Positions 22,659-38,600 are shown, counted from the stretch's first letter. The stretch: 64,000 nt of DNA from Paragordius varius (GCA_964247055.1 OZ176058.1:2976001-3040000); one strand, 5' to 3'. Notes: generated by a model not told the origin, from the letters alone. A program made the numbers and translations.

Positions 22659-25600
22659 GTATATAATTTTTTTATTGTAATTAAAATATTTTTTATTATT
22701 CTTTAGTCTTCCGAAAATGGTCAAATATTGCTGGATAATGTTTTAGATCATCTGGAAATTATTGAGAAAGGATATTTTGGCCTTTTATACTATGATACAT
22801 TCAATAATAATGAAAGGGTTAGTTTTATTTTATTTTTAACATCTTAATTAGTTTTTTTACATATGTAGTAAATTTCAGTAGGAATTTATTATATTAATTA
22901 TTTTATAATATATATTTACATATAGAAATGGTTAGACTTGAGCTCACCTATGTTTCAATTAGAAAACAGTAATTTAAATATATTATGTATTTAAATTTTT
23001 AATTAATTTTAATTGTCATTAAATTTAATATTTTGATTTTTAGATCCTTCTTTTCCGTCAATTCTTTATTTTCGAGTCAAATTTTTCCCGACACACCCTG
23101 ACAAATTATTTGAAGAATATACAAGGTTTTTTTAAATATTGATTATAAAAATTTTATATTTATTTTTGAAATATGCAGTAAAAATTGAACTTATACGGAG
23201 AAAACATAATATATAAAAGACAAATATTTTTTAAAACACGACCATATTCTTTAAAACATCGATATTATTTACATCATATAATTGGGTGTATTTGGTATTT
23301 CAAAACGATGAGTATTTACTATTATTATAAAAAATATGGCTATATTTGTCTTTTGGTTTTGTGTTTCGCCTTGATAAATTTAATTTATATTTTAATAAGG
23401 AAATTCGTATATTTTTAAATTAAACTTTTAGATATCACTTTTTCTTGCAACTTAAAAGGGATCTTCAAAGCGGACAACTTTTAGCAAACTTTCAAAATCA
23501 AGAATTTCAAAATCAAGAATTAGAAACAGCACTTTTATTGGCTAGCTATGTGCTACAATGTATAATTTATTTAAAACATTTTTTTGTGAATACATCGAAA
23601 ATATTCTGTGTACAAATTTAACTAAAAATAAAACTTTTTATATTGGTAGAAATAAATAATTTTTATTTCAGAGCTGAAATTAAATTGTATGGTATTTTTT
23701 AATTTAATGAATAACATTTAAACCAAATTTGATATATTTTCGCGATAACTATCTAGTGTTAATATCATTATTTGATTTAACAGATACACGATATACATAA
23801 TAACCAAATCCAAAAAACAAATAAATAAAATATCCAACTTACTATAGTAAAAAATAAAATGCAGACAACTGTTTTTTAATAGATAATCTTACTTTTAAAA
23901 CATTTTAATATATATAAAGTTTAGAAATATTATAAGAAATTACATCTTTATATACTATGTAACAACCGTAACTATTAGTTTTTTTTTGAAAAATCAAGTT
24001 CAAAAATAATGATTTTAACAAAAATATTTGTGTCTTAATTATATTTTTCTTCTGTATGATTTCTATTCTCAATTGTATTATATTTTTGTCATTTTTTGGC
24101 TTTTATTAAAAAAATATATTTTAATACTTAAAGATAATATATTTACATTTTCCATTTTATTTTTATTTATTTTCGATAAACATTATACGTAAAAATCATT
24201 TAGGTTTTAAACATAAACGTTTAAAATATATCTTATTAAAATTTTCTATAGTTTAAATAAATAATTTTGATTTAGCCGAATTGGGTGATTATGATACGGT
24301 TATGGAAGAATTATATAAAAATGACCCAAAAACAGCTGTTTTCCGCAAGTCCAGAAATGCGCCCCCGCCCTTCATAGATTACATCTGTCATCTGAATATT
24401 CTGCCTTACGATATATTAATCAAAAATAATTGTGATAATAAATTCTCGGCAGAGGATTTAAATAGAAAAATTGTAGAATTACACAAGACACACCGGTAAA
24501 ATTTCAAAAAAATTTACTTGAAAATTTTGTACAAAAGCTTATATTTGATTGTAGAATATTTTTAATTTATATAATACAAATATATATACTTAACGTCATT
24601 AAAAAGTCTTAAGTATTAACATATTTAATAAGTAGTTATAGCCACTAAATCTTTAATATTGATATTTAATTTATTGAATTGCATAAATGAATTTTCAGTG
24701 TAAAATGGGTTGGGCTAATAATTTAAAATATAAATATATGAAACTTAAGAAAAAGAGCATGTTTTTTAACTCTTTAAATACTCTAAATGATTGTTAATTG
24801 AAAAGAAGCGTTATTGAAAAAACTTGGAATCTAATAAATTTTATATTTTACAATTTTATAAAATATACCTTTCAAAGTGGACAAACGCCAGCTGACGCGG
24901 AGCTCAACTTTCTCAGGCATGTCAAAAAACTCAAATTATATGGCGAAGAAACTCACAAAGTCTATGTAAGTTCGACAGTAAAAATTCAATTTACACAGAT
25001 AAAACTTGAAAACTAAAGGACAATTATTTATTGAAACAACATATTTTTAATCTCTATTTTTTTTCTACGTTAATTAATTTGCATTATCAATTCATCTCTA
25101 TCCATTTTGTAACCAAAAACGATGAACTATATCTAAAAAAGTATCATTCTTGATTAGGGTCCTCAATAATGAATGTCTGATACATTTTTTCCTAATGTTT
25201 TGCGGTTGCGGGCATCTTTAATATCAATTTTGCGTTTCTCATCAGGGGTGTCCATGTGGGTCGCATGTGTTATCCAAAATATTGCATTTCGATTGAATTT
25301 TTAAACGAATAATCTTTTAAATATTTCCGAAGTTCGGCAAAGAACTAGCAAAAATTGTTCGTATAAATAATAGTTTTTACAGCCTTATGTTTAAAATCTA
25401 ATAAAATATTTGTAATACCAATGTATTGTTCGAATGCGGGTCGGATCGTTTAAAAATACGGTCTCTATATTATTTGTAATTTTTTCTGCAGCCAGGTTTT
25501 GTAGGGATGACCTGGTAGAGCTTTTGTATCTAATTTTTAATGTTGCATCTTTAAAAAATATAATCATCATATTTTGATTCAATTTGTCCTAACCGGCTTA

Positions 25601-28600
25601 TTCTTTAGGATTGGATTATATATGATCAATTTGATGATCGATTTTTACGATTGAATATACTTCATAATTATTAGGTAAATTGTATACCGGGTCTTATGCA
25701 TTGAGGATTCTTCTATCTCCTTCCGTAAAATTTTATTTTTATTTGTTTTAGTCAGCGGCCAGGATTTAAAATACAAAGCCATTTATTTATTTGCAACATT
25801 CATCCTGCCTGTAAAAAGGACCATTCAAGCAAACACGTTATAAACAACAAATTAATGAACATTAAGACCAAACCGAAGATATACACTAAAGTGATACGGC
25901 CAGCCCTTACATATAGCGCACTTCTGCTGACTAAAACAAATTATAATAAATTCTTATGAGCGGAGGAGGATAGAACTTTTTTAAATTGTGTCTTTATTAC
26001 TATTTCATGCTAATATACTATTATGACAATATATTAATAGAACCAAAATCAAACAAATGTTTTTATTGGAGTTTCGCATATGGGAATTACAGAATTCGAA
26101 ATTGAATCTTACCAAATCATAAATCGATATAAATGGTTTTTTCTCTTTGCTTTTTCATACAAATAATTTTAAAAATTTAATCATTTCAATTGTAAATTTT
26201 ATTTTTTGAATTTTAATCTATTACCTACAAAATTTAGGAATATGTTCTTTTTTTTGTCCTCCCCAAATATTCTTATAAAATAATATTTCTTAAATAAAAT
26301 TATAAATTTTTGAAATTTATAATTCGAATATATTAAATTAATTATATATTTATGAAATTAAAAATTTGATTCTCATTAAAGTTTTCGGTTATTATATTAC
26401 GGGTTAAAATTTAATCAAGTAATTTATCTAATAATTAAATTAATCGGTAAAAAATGGTGTCGATATATAAGAATATAAATATTTATGTTTAAAGGTCTCA
26501 AATCCAAACCATATCATTTCGAAAACACAATTTTATCCTTTACGTTGTTAATAATGGTAACAAAAATGAAACTGATAATAATAATTTAACCATCATTTTG
26601 GAATGGTATTTTGCTGAGGAAACGGAATGCAAATCTTTTTGGCAATCTTCCATAGATAATCATGCATTTTTTCGCTTACGAGAAATTAAACAGCCCTCTA
26701 ATAATAATACTTCTATTAACAATTTCAACAATTATGATAATCACACAAAAAAACTATCTTCTATTCGATCACTGTTTGCCTCATTCAGCAATATTAATAA
26801 TACTGGACGCAAAAAATATGCCTATAAATTAAATCAGGACTCTAACTTTAATAACAACTCAAAAATTTCTAAAGACACGTTAAACAGGCATAATTCAGTG
26901 CTATATGGGTTAGATTTTATAATATTTCTGACAAACTAAAGTTTTTAAAATAAAAATCGTCGAGAAAAAGCATTTAAAAGAATAATTTAAATTTTAATTT
27001 ACAGCCACAATTAAGTAAAAGATTAACCTTTTTATCAACTAAACCATATTTGTTAATTTTTTTTAAAATCACATATCTCATTTTAATACATAGACTAAAT
27101 AAAAAATACTTTATAAAAAAAATTGACACAATTTATATGCGTTTTGATATAAAAAAATATTTATACTTACATATATTACACCTTATAATTGAATTTGAAA
27201 GTTAAATGTTGTTGTTGGAAAACGATCAGATTTTATGGTGCACTATCTTAAACTATTTACAGTTAAATTTAGTAAATAATTCAGTTTAATAAGTTGAGTA
27301 AAAATATTTATCTTTTTTTTGTTTAAAGTAATATTTTACAGTTTAAACGTACTTAGTTGTTTTCTGTCGATTTTTTTGGGGAAAAATTGAAATTTAAGAT
27401 TAATTTACCATACATTTTTATATGTAATTTTGTTTAATGAGTCTGATTGTATTATACGGAAGATTAGAATTTTAATGTTATCGTTTTTGATTAAAATCAT
27501 GGGCACTTTTTGACAAATCTTATGTTTAAAAACATTCCAATGTTTAGCCGAAAAAGATTATTATGGTTAAGTTGTAAAAAATTTGAATAAATTTTTTAGT
27601 AGTATACCTGGATACAATTTATGATTTTTTATTTAGTGTATGTTTATAAGAGGGCGTCTTTTAAGAAATGTTTTTACGTAATTAGTGATAAATTGGTTAT
27701 CATTTATATTAAACCCACCATAGGATTCGTAAAATGTAAATTTTTAAAAAATCATTCAGAAAAAAAATTTTAATATATTTTTTACATTTCTTTTAGCGGA
27801 AAAACCGAATATCAATCAATCCAAGAGTACAAAAAACGGATTCATATTAATAGAAATTTTTCGAGAAATAATAGCAAATTTTCGTCATTTCAATTGTTAG
27901 GTCTCAATTACAATTTAACTAATACTAATAGAAACAATAATAATTGTAATAATATTACCCAAAAAGCTTCTATGGATTTGCACACCACTGACAATAATAA
28001 TTATGATATATATAATCAGAAATCTGAGATAGATACCTACAACGTTAATAAAAATAGCAATACTAACATTAATGAATTCAGTTCAGCGTTTTATAGTTCT
28101 TTCAGGAAACTCAGACTATCTTTTTCTACAAAAATAAACAATAAAAATAAAAATTCTCTTATAAATGTTCGCAATAATAGCAGTTTCACAAAAAGTAATA
28201 AAGAGGAACAATCAAAAAGTATAATTTTTTTAATTGTATATTATATAAATGTCTTGATTTCTTTTTAAACATTTTACAGTAAGATCGAAATTATACAGAC
28301 AAACTCAAAAAAAATATTTTTAAAAGATAATGGTATTTTTGTAGACATTGTTTTTTCCAGACAAATTATTTAATCACAATAATTTATATCAATGAAAGTA
28401 TCAAGAATAATTTATAAAACAAGATTGTAATATAGTATCTTTTAAAAAAATGTCTTTTAATTATTTATTTTGTCCCTATTCATTTATTGTAATATAGAAA
28501 CTTGTAGTATTAAATAGTTGTCAAAAATTAAATTTTATTATATTTTAAAAATTTTAATTTTATAATTATTAATTTTTTATTAGATAAAAATAAAACCGAT

Positions 28601-29574
28601 ATTAATGGTGTAGCCCCCTCACAAGGAATATTGAAATTTGCGGTTATAAATAAAAATAAATCTAATCGCAACAGGTAAAATTTTAATTTTCCTTTTTATT
28701 TATTTATTTTATTTATAATTATTTGAAATTTACAGTTAATTAATTAAAATCATTGTTGTATTTACACAAAGTATAAATTGATATTAAACCAAAAGGTAAA
28801 AGGCAAAAGGCAAAGTTTTTTAGGAAGGCGACCATATTTTTAAACCTTGATGTTTTAATATAACTTATGGCGCCAAATTAGGGAAAGAGATATAAATTGG
28901 CAACATTATAATTTCACGATCGTAATCATTTAAATTATATAAAAAAAATCAAGGTTTAAAAATATGACTTTTTTGGATAGTCTCTTAGTTTTTACGTTTT
29001 TTCTTTATTATTTTTACGCTTATATACTTTTATTTTTATAGCTTTGATGGAAACATATCCAATTATAAGAAAAGATTGAATCGAGATTCTGGTTCTAATC
29101 CTTTAAATAAAAAAGAAAATTCTAATGCTATGGTCGGAAGTATCGATAGAAAAGCCATTAAAAAAAGAAATAATTTTATAAAAAATTCAAAAAATAATTG
29201 TAATAATATTAATTTGGATAGCAAATTATTGAATGGACATTACATAGAAATCGAAATGCAAGCTGATAAACAAGGCAAATTTGGATTTAATATTACGGTA
29301 AAGGGTTAAATTTTAAATCCGATTTGATTATTATATTTTATCTGCGCTCATTTGGGGTTAACTGGGATTTTAAGTATAATAAAAATTGATATTATAAAGA
29401 CAGAACATAATAACTGAAGACAAATATTTTTTACAGCCATATTTTTTAATTGTCTTAAACCCATATGATTACAATTGTAAAACGTAATAGAGATGTTACC
29501 CATTAATATCTATTTTCCCTATTTTGCTGCTCAGGATGAGTTACATTTTCTAAAATTATGGTTTTAATAAAAAA

Positions 29575-29606
<32 letters not shown>

Positions 29607-32600
29607 GGTTGTCTACTTTCATATATGATTTTTTAGTTTGTTTGTATAATTTCATTTACTGTTATTATTGGTTTGGCCCAGTTATTGGGATTCCATGGAT
29701 TAATTTACGATATATGTCTCTATCATTTGTTGCGTTTTATTCCCCCCCCCCCCCGCACCCCCAATAAAAGGATATTTTTTATTATATTGCTTTTTAAACT
29801 TTATGTTCTGACTTGTTATTATAAGGGAGGTCAGGATCAAAACTTGCCTGTCATTATAAGCCACATCAAAGAATCGAGTCCAGCAGATTTATCATATCCG
29901 AGATTATGTGAAGGTGATCAGGTATTTTTTAAAAAAAATATTATTTTTTTTTAAAGCTAAAAAAAATTATTTTTAAAAATATGTGTTTGAGAAGATTATA
30001 ATTGGGATCAAATCAATCAATTTTATTAATCAACTTTCATTAGATTATTTTAAATTTGTTAAAACACTAACGTTTTCCGAATTCATTTGTTTTAAGGTAA
30101 ACAAATCTTTGCTGCATAAGCTATATTAATATAAAAAAATAAGCAGTCTGATATGAAGCATTTTAATAATAGAGCCAACTCAATGATTCGTTATTTTAAA
30201 CAATCTCATAATTTATATTATATATTTTGATAAAACAAAAAATTTGTTTTTTATACATTTGTACCTCTTTTTTAAGATATATTATAATACTTTGTCCATC
30301 AATTTTTTTAGATTATTTATATTAATGGACGCAGTGTTTGTGGTCTTTCGCATGCCGAAATCTGCGGACTTATAAGTCAAAGTTTATATGGAACTCTAAA
30401 CTTGATTGTTATACCATTTGGTAAAATTATTTTTTTTAGAATAAAGTATAATTAAAATCAAAATGTACAGGAAAAATAATATTTACAAAAAGTAAAAACT
30501 AAAGAACATTTTTTAAAAACCTTGATATTTGCTACATCTATAAGATATATAAAGTGTATTGTCGATTTATATTTTTAATCCCCATTTCACAACCCAAAGC
30601 GATGAATATATAAAACAATCATATTTTCTAAAATTTTTAATTTTTTCGTTTTGTTTGTATAATTCAATTTTTACATATTTAAATTGTAGAATATTCATTT
30701 TCAACATGTTTTTAAATGATTTTCCATATTTGTTACTGTATTTCATTAGAATTATTATCAACCCTTTTTATCATAGAATGCCGTATCAAAATTGATTATA
30801 AACGTCGTTAATTTAATTAAGTATTAAATAATTCGATTGACACAAATATCCAATAAAAAATTTTTAGTAAGATAATAACATCTGCGCAAAACTATTTTCA
30901 TTAATAAAACATAATTTAGATTTATTGTCATTAGAAAAATTATTGCTAGAAATATTCTTTCTAAATTTAGGTGAAATTAATAAAAAATATGAATTTATTA
31001 TTTTATTTAATATTATTTGTCTTTATAACAGCATATATTAGTTCTGATATCGAAACATTCTATCCAAATTTAAGTAATACTGATAATAAAGATGAAAAAA
31101 TAAACAAAAAATATTCGATTGCAAATTTGGAAGAATTGCAAAAAGATTTGACAAATGGGACACTAATTAAAGATTTTATGGTAAACTTTTTAAAATTCAA
31201 TCATGAATTTATTATACAGTACTACTTTTTCATTAAATATTGCCAGCCAGATAGAACATACAGAAAAGGGCATTGTTATTAACGAATGGGTAAAAATTGG
31301 CAAAAATAATCATAGGATAATGTTGCCCCTTGATTTATATGTTCTGACAATAATTAAATGAAAAACTAACAATGTATACACTTATATATATTGCGATTTA
31401 TGGTAAAATTTATACTTTTCAATATTTGTCTATTTATTTTTTAGAATTTACCCAGAAAAAATACCCAAATGCGTTGTTCTATTGGCCAAAAAACCCAAAA
31501 TGCTCAATTTAACCGTTATAAGGATATCTTACCTTGTAATATATACAGGAAAAATTTATACTATAAAAACAAAACTATAAGACAAATATTTTTTTACATA
31601 ATAAATAAACCCATACGTTTTAAACCTTTATTTAAAAAAATTATCGTGTTCCAAAATTTGATAGTTGTAAATTGGTAATACATATTATATATTCAGAATC
31701 GTAAATTAGGATTAAATTTTAAATATTTGTATTTAGTTTTTTCTTCTTTAGTTTCAAATTTTAAAACTGATTTTTATCATAAAATTCCTTCCGAATATTA
31801 TTATGTATTTTTTTAGATGATAACACACGTGTTGTATTAAAAGATGGCAATTTGGAAAATGGAGCTTTAAAAAAAGTCAATTCTGGTATTATCCAACCTT
31901 CGCTTCAAAACGATTATATAAATGCCAATTATATCAATGTAATATTTAAGTTTTTAATTTATATTTAAATATTTAATATGCATAAATTTGTGATATGATA
32001 TATTTTTCCAATTTTATAAATCTATGTTGAAAACCAAGTGGCTTTTTTGTATTTGCTACGATTAATTGAAATGATAGCCTATATGATTTTTGGATTTAAT
32101 AATTTTTGAAAAATTTAATGCAGTTGAGGCTAACATACCTATTTTTGCAAATTTAATAAGCGTCTCTGTAAAAAACCTAAAAATAACATATAAACAATTT
32201 ACTTTTTCTAAATTTTAGTGTAATACACTGCGGACTGCATATTGTTTTATTATTTTTAACCATCCCCGATATCATTGATATTTTATTAAATATTGAATAT
32301 TTAATCACTTTGAATGTTAAAAAAAGTGAAATTATAGAGACATTGAAACCAAGCAAATATTTTTTAAAAAGTAACCATATTTTTTAAAACCATTTTTTCA
32401 AATATAACTCATCATTTTTGGCTGCGAAATAGGGAATAGAAATTTGCTTTACGGCGCATTTAATTTTTTTAAAAATATTATGATTATTTATTTAATATAT
32501 GAAATGTAGGCTTAAAGAATATTTTTTAGGGTAAAAAATAATTGTCTCTTATTTTGTTTTGTCTGTATTATAATTTTTATTATTTTTTTGTATAAAGATG

Positions 32601-35600
32601 AGTTTTGAAGCGTGTGGCATTGTTAATAGATATATTGCGACACAAGGACCTTTGCCTAACACAATATCACATTTTTGGCAGGTAAATTAGTTAGCTTTAT
32701 TTATGGATAATTTTTTTTATGGTTTTATCATATATAATATAATTTTATTTTATTTATCAAAATATGAACTCTGATATTTTGTTCATCATTACAAGGTCGT
32801 TTCTCCACCAGTAGCTAGCATCCATATTTTTGAGCGAAATAACTTGCGATCGAGACAGTCGTCTTTGGTCATTTGTGTGTTTAAATCATGGATGATGATT
32901 TTTTCCCAATCAAGATATGGTCTGCCTTGTCTTAAATTGCCGTTCGGATGAAAGGATCTAATTTTGTTAATCCAACTATTTGAGCGTTCAATGTGGCCCC
33001 AGTATCTGAGACGATTTGAGAAAAGACATAGGTGGGATTCGAAACAGACTATGTATGCTTTTATTATTGTTGTTTGTCTTATAATTATGGTGCTGATTGG
33101 TGAGACATGAGTTTAGGATTTTTCTTTTTACATAATTTATTTTCATTAGTTTGGTTTAAGGGCCAACATTCGCTAGCATATGTGAGGGCAGGGCGAATGG
33201 CAATGTTGTATTTGCCCTCGTTTGGGTTTAGAATGTGTTTGTGTTTCGTATATCACCAGGTGACTGTACATGTTTACTATTTGTTTATAGATGGGAGGTA
33301 GGTAGTTTGGGTTTGATTTGTCTCGATTATTATCTGGTGTTGCACAAGCTTTACATACAAAATATTTTATGCTTAAGAAACTTCCTTTAATTTGTGAGCA
33401 CTTTTTGTGGACCCACAGTTGGCATTTAGTGGATTTGTTGGAATTGAGTTTCATTTTAATAAATAGAGCAAGGGAATTTTATTAGAGGTATAAGTGAGGG
33501 GGTGCAAAACCTTTGTTCTATCTTGTGAATTTTGAGGCTAAATTTTTCTAACGTAGATTTCCAAAGGTTACATTTGATTGATGGTGACTGTTAGTATTAT
33601 GTCGTCAGAGCACAACATTTTCTGAAGGTAAACCTGTTTTTATTTATCAGTTATTACATCCATAATAATGATAAATAGTAATGGACTGAGGATGGAGCCC
33701 TGGTGTATTCCAACAGTTACTGGAAATTGATTGGTATCACCCACGGGATCACGCAACTAGTGGTGTTCTCATATAGTAAGCTTATTATTTTTATTATCCA
33801 TTCCGGAATTTCTTTTTTTCGTATGGCAAATGTGATCATGGACCGCGGGATGCAGTCAAAAGCATGCCTTTAAAGATGTGATATAAGGTTTTATTTTTGC
33901 ATATGTAGTGGCGTCAGAGGTGCTGCCACCCTGTTAAAATCCGAATTGAGTTTCGTCAATCGTGCAGAGCTGACGTATTTTCCTTCTATTATAATTTTGA
34001 ACAATTTTGTTGCATGTGTAATTTTAATGGTCTGTAGGAGGCGCAGTTAAGCTTGTGGCCTTTGTTTTATATTGGGATTATGACACTTTGGTTCCAGTAT
34101 TTGGGATTTTTTCCTCCATTAAAATCAGATTAAATAGCTCTGTTAAATGGCATATTGCTTCAATATTGTACATTTCAGTTAGATTTCCATGGGATCAGGT
34201 ACTTTATTTACATTTTTGCATGGCAAGCTCACATCTTCTGCAGTAATGATTGGGGGTGGCCCAATAACTGGCGGTAAGTTTGGTATCTCGACAAGGCAAG
34301 TATTGTGTCCATACTTTTTAAATGGCAAGAGTGTCAGTAACTGTGTTATTTTTATCTTTAATGGATTTCATTACCCGGATATCTTTTTTATTACTATTGA
34401 AATTTTTTAGTGTTTTGAAAACTTTTAAGTTTTTAATTTCTCTTCAAGTGTTTTGGCCATTTCAAAAGATCTTTCATTCATTTTATCAGCTCTTATTTTC
34501 TTTACTCTTTTTTTCACCATAATCTACGCATGTTCGTCATTATGTTTAGATGTTTTTTATTTTTTAAAAGCTTTTCTTTTTTCATTTAATAGAGGTTTTA
34601 TATCGTTTTGCCACCATCATTGGGATTTTGTTTTTACACGTTTTTTCCCACAGATTTTAAGACGTTTGTGATGAGAGTGTTTTTAGATGCTCCCAGCCGT
34701 CATGCACGTTGTTAGGGGAATGTTTTAGTTCTAATGTAATGAGGCTTTATTATAGAATCACTAATTTTAACGTTAAGTTGAGGCAATTTTTCAGGGCTAG
34801 GTCGGTTCTTATTTATTGTTAAATAAGCAACTACTAGCTTATTGTTGTGTATCATATTCATAGGTTTGGATGTTTAACAAAAAATCTATTTGATGTGTTT
34901 GTGTTGCCACTTTTGTGTATGTATTAGACTGGGTTTTTTGTAAAATGTGTATTGCAATATTCAGTAAAACTATATATAAATAAAACTTAAAATATTGTTT
35001 TTTACTTTTTCATTTTTTAGTTATCTGGTTTATGAGTGTAGAAAAATTTATATCGTTTTATTTTGTAATCTTACTTGTAAGGAGTTATAAAGTATATAAT
35101 TTGTGCAAAATAGGATTTAAAAGTAGTTAAATATCAACCAACAATCCTTACGAATCCCTGTAACAGTTTTTTAACACAAATTTATGTTTTTACTGGGATA
35201 TGTACGGATTTTTTTAAATTTTCCACTACTTGTTAATTTTATTTTGTATTATATACTTAATTCTTGCTCATGAGAAATTCCAAAATAAGTCAGTAAATTT
35301 TTTATACTATCAAAAAACCAGATGACAAAAAATGAAAAAATAAAAAGCAATATTTTTTAGTTTATTTTCTTATAGAACCTTTTTTATTGAATAAAATATG
35401 AATTTTAAGAAATAGTGAGTTTAGCTAGAAACTAATTAAAAAAATTATTTTATTATAGCTTCATAAAAAAAATTTTGTCATATAAGTGTGTTAAAAGAAT
35501 AACGCTATCTTTTAAACTCAGATTTTATATAAACCCTATTTATATGATTTTAGGCTATTTATATATTGAAAATATCTTCTAAAATAATAATAAATCATAA

Positions 35601-38600
35601 TATCTCAACTTTTATCATTATTAATTATCCTTAATTATCATTTCACTTTTTGCCCGATTTCGATTATCTCTCAATATTTTAAAAACCAGGTCGTAAACAA
35701 ATAAAATTTTTACGGAAAATTAATACGCTGGTCGTAAACTATCATGAAAAAAAATTATTTTTGCACATAGTATAGATATATACATATATATATATATATA
35801 TAATATCTATTTTTACTGTAAAATTTAATATAGGTTACACATTATTTTAAATACCTTAAACCCCTTAAATTCATTCTTAACAAAAAATTCACACTTAAGC
35901 ATTTTGTTTTGCCTCAATAATGTATATTTTTCAATATAATTGACTATATTTTTTGTACTTTGGAAAAATAATATATTGTTCAATTATTAACATAGTACAA
36001 GAAAATTACCAAATTATGCCACAAAAAAATATATATATTTATAATATGTTAAATTAGCCCAAAAACTTGTAATTTATAGGGCTTATTTGAAATGTAGGGT
36101 TTCGAGGTAAATGCTATATTATAAAACAATATTAAATCATTATTGAAATTATTAATACAATTTTTTGGAAACCAATGTTCATCTTATATAAAAAGATTAA
36201 AAGCGGATCATACTTTTCACTAGAAAATAATTTTTTTGTTTTATAAATAGTCAGGTTTTAAAAAAAATAATTTTTCAAGTTCACAAATAGGGAAATAATT
36301 TAACCATATATTTTGACGCTTCAGCTTCTAGAAATATTTTCAAAATAGCTATACCGATTTTTCATCGCTTTAAATCCTGTTTTGCAGCAAAATTAAAATA
36401 TTTTTTATATGAATTAATTTATAGATGGTTTGGCAAGAACAAAGTACAATAATTGTCATGCTAACAACGGAATGGGAAAATGGGCGAGCTAAATGTGCCC
36501 CCTATTGGCCAACAGATCACCTGAGTTTTCAAAATTCCACTAATCAAGATAATAATAATATAAATAGGTATTGAGTAAATTTCAAATTAGTTAGGATTTT
36601 AAAGAGATTTTACAAATTAGCAATGTTTGTGTACCCTTTTTTGTACTACTATTTCTTTTGCGATTATAATTGTGAGTCTATATATATATATCCTTTTTTG
36701 GCTATTCTTTCTTTTATTTTTGTACTAAGGATAGTAAAATGTTTAACAATATGCATGCATAAAAAGGTGAAAACGTTCATTAACAATGGACTTTTAAAAA
36801 AAATTTTGCATACTGTAAGGTTGTTGATAATATATAATAAACATTTTTATCATTTTACCATCTCCTGTTGTGACAAAAGTATGGTTAATCTACTATATGA
36901 TTTTTACGACAGTAAAATTGGAATTAATTTTATAATTAACATTTAATTCCAACATTCATTTCAATCCTTCGATTCAAATTGGAGTAGTTGTATACCCCAG
37001 CCCTATTTAATATTAAATATTTTATAAAATATGGAAGGAATCGAAAACACGGCAAAATTTTGCACTTATATAACATTAATAAACCGGAATATATAAAAAA
37101 ATCTTTAAAAATACTTAATATTACACATTTTAAGGTAAAAACCAAAGTAAAAATTTAGTCAACTGACATGTATGCATTGGCTAAATTGAAAAATAATGCA
37201 AAATAAACCACTTTATCTATTTCTCTCAGTATTAGATGTGAAAATAAAAAAAGCTTTAATTTTACCTTTAAATTTAAATGAACACGATATTTTGCAAAAA
37301 TTTTGTAAAATATAAATGGTGTCGAATAGTTTGACATGGTTTTTTTTCAAAACAAAATTTTATCTAGATATCTTAGCATTTTGTATTAGGATAGAAGTAT
37401 TAATTTAAAGGTACCGTTTCCTTCAGTAGTTTTTTAAAAATATTAGCTTAAATTTACTCTGGGTATTTAGATACCCCAATTTGAATCGAAGCGTTAAAAA
37501 CCCACGGTTGTAAATTTGGTAGAAAAACTTGTGTTTATGTAGGAAAAATCAAAGATTTAAGTGAAGTTTTCTTTTTATAGTAAAAATATTTGTCTTTTAG
37601 TTTTGTACGTTTTCTCTATATGATTTCAATTTTGTACCAAACCATTTTTTATAAAACAACAAGAAATACTCTTAAACTTTCTGATGCTTTATTGGAAGTC
37701 ATGTATGATAAAGCCAAAACTTTTGAGTTCAAAAGACGCCATCATTTTCCCGAAAATTATAAAACCGATGAAATTGAGCGTCCTATATATATAGTTCGAA
37801 CTTTTCGAATCAAACACATACAGGTATATACATAAATATATGATATTGTTGAAGATCTCATAAATTCCATTTCAATTGAAATAATTACATAAATCAATAT
37901 TTCAAGAAATTGACTACTTGATGAATCTATACAAATTCATTTGAATGATAAATGTTTAAAAATTGGATATATATTTAATTAATATGCATAAATAAAGAAA
38001 AAAAATTTGGGATGCATTTGTTAAATTAGACCCTTGAAGAACGAGAAATTATCCAAATGCAATATTTGGGTTGGCCTGATCAAGGAATCCCTAATACACC
38101 CGAAATGGGACCAATTACAACACTTAATACTGAAAATACTCTCAAAAGTAAAGTTATTAATTCGGATAATATCAATATACAAGAATTCGTTGCTTTTATT
38201 GACCATTATCGACGGCTTAAGGAGGGTAGTGTTGAACCAGTCATTGTGCATTGCAGGTCTAATTTTGCAATCTTATATTCATTTTCCGTTGCTATTATAT
38301 TATATTTACAGCAAACATTGAAAATATTTTGAAGTAAAATGTTAATTACAGTTTATTAAAGTATTTTGTACAAATATTTTTATACAAAAAATTAAATGAA
38401 AGTTTAGATCAATTCCTGGTTTAAAATCTTCATTATTGTCTGATGATTTCTGATTTCGCTTTCAGGTTTTTAAAATATTACTAACCAATTATTATTTTTC
38501 TCAAAGGTTTTTGGTTTTTTAATAAGCCCAAAATAACTTTCACGTTTTAATTATAATAGAATACAAAAATAATGGATAATTGAAAAATATAAAAAAAAAT

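Noticed and set aside
25100-25960. Possible PLE relic (minus strand, NDPT..RTI; CTGATGAGAAAC) and a short RTE peptide KIYTKVIRPALTYSA (plus strand) in PTP intron 7
   Set aside because: Matches are short and fragmentary, and the CTGATGA/GAAAC pair has no stem II; not enough to list as features.
29298-29309. Read-through FNITVKG resembling the canonical PDZ FNVKGG
   Set aside because: A stop follows at once and the alternative donor at 29305 is out of phase with exon 13; only the 29298 donor works.
30971-31031. Hydrophobic signal-peptide-like N-terminus of ORF 30971-31282
   Set aside because: It is the T-rich intron upstream of PTP exon 15.
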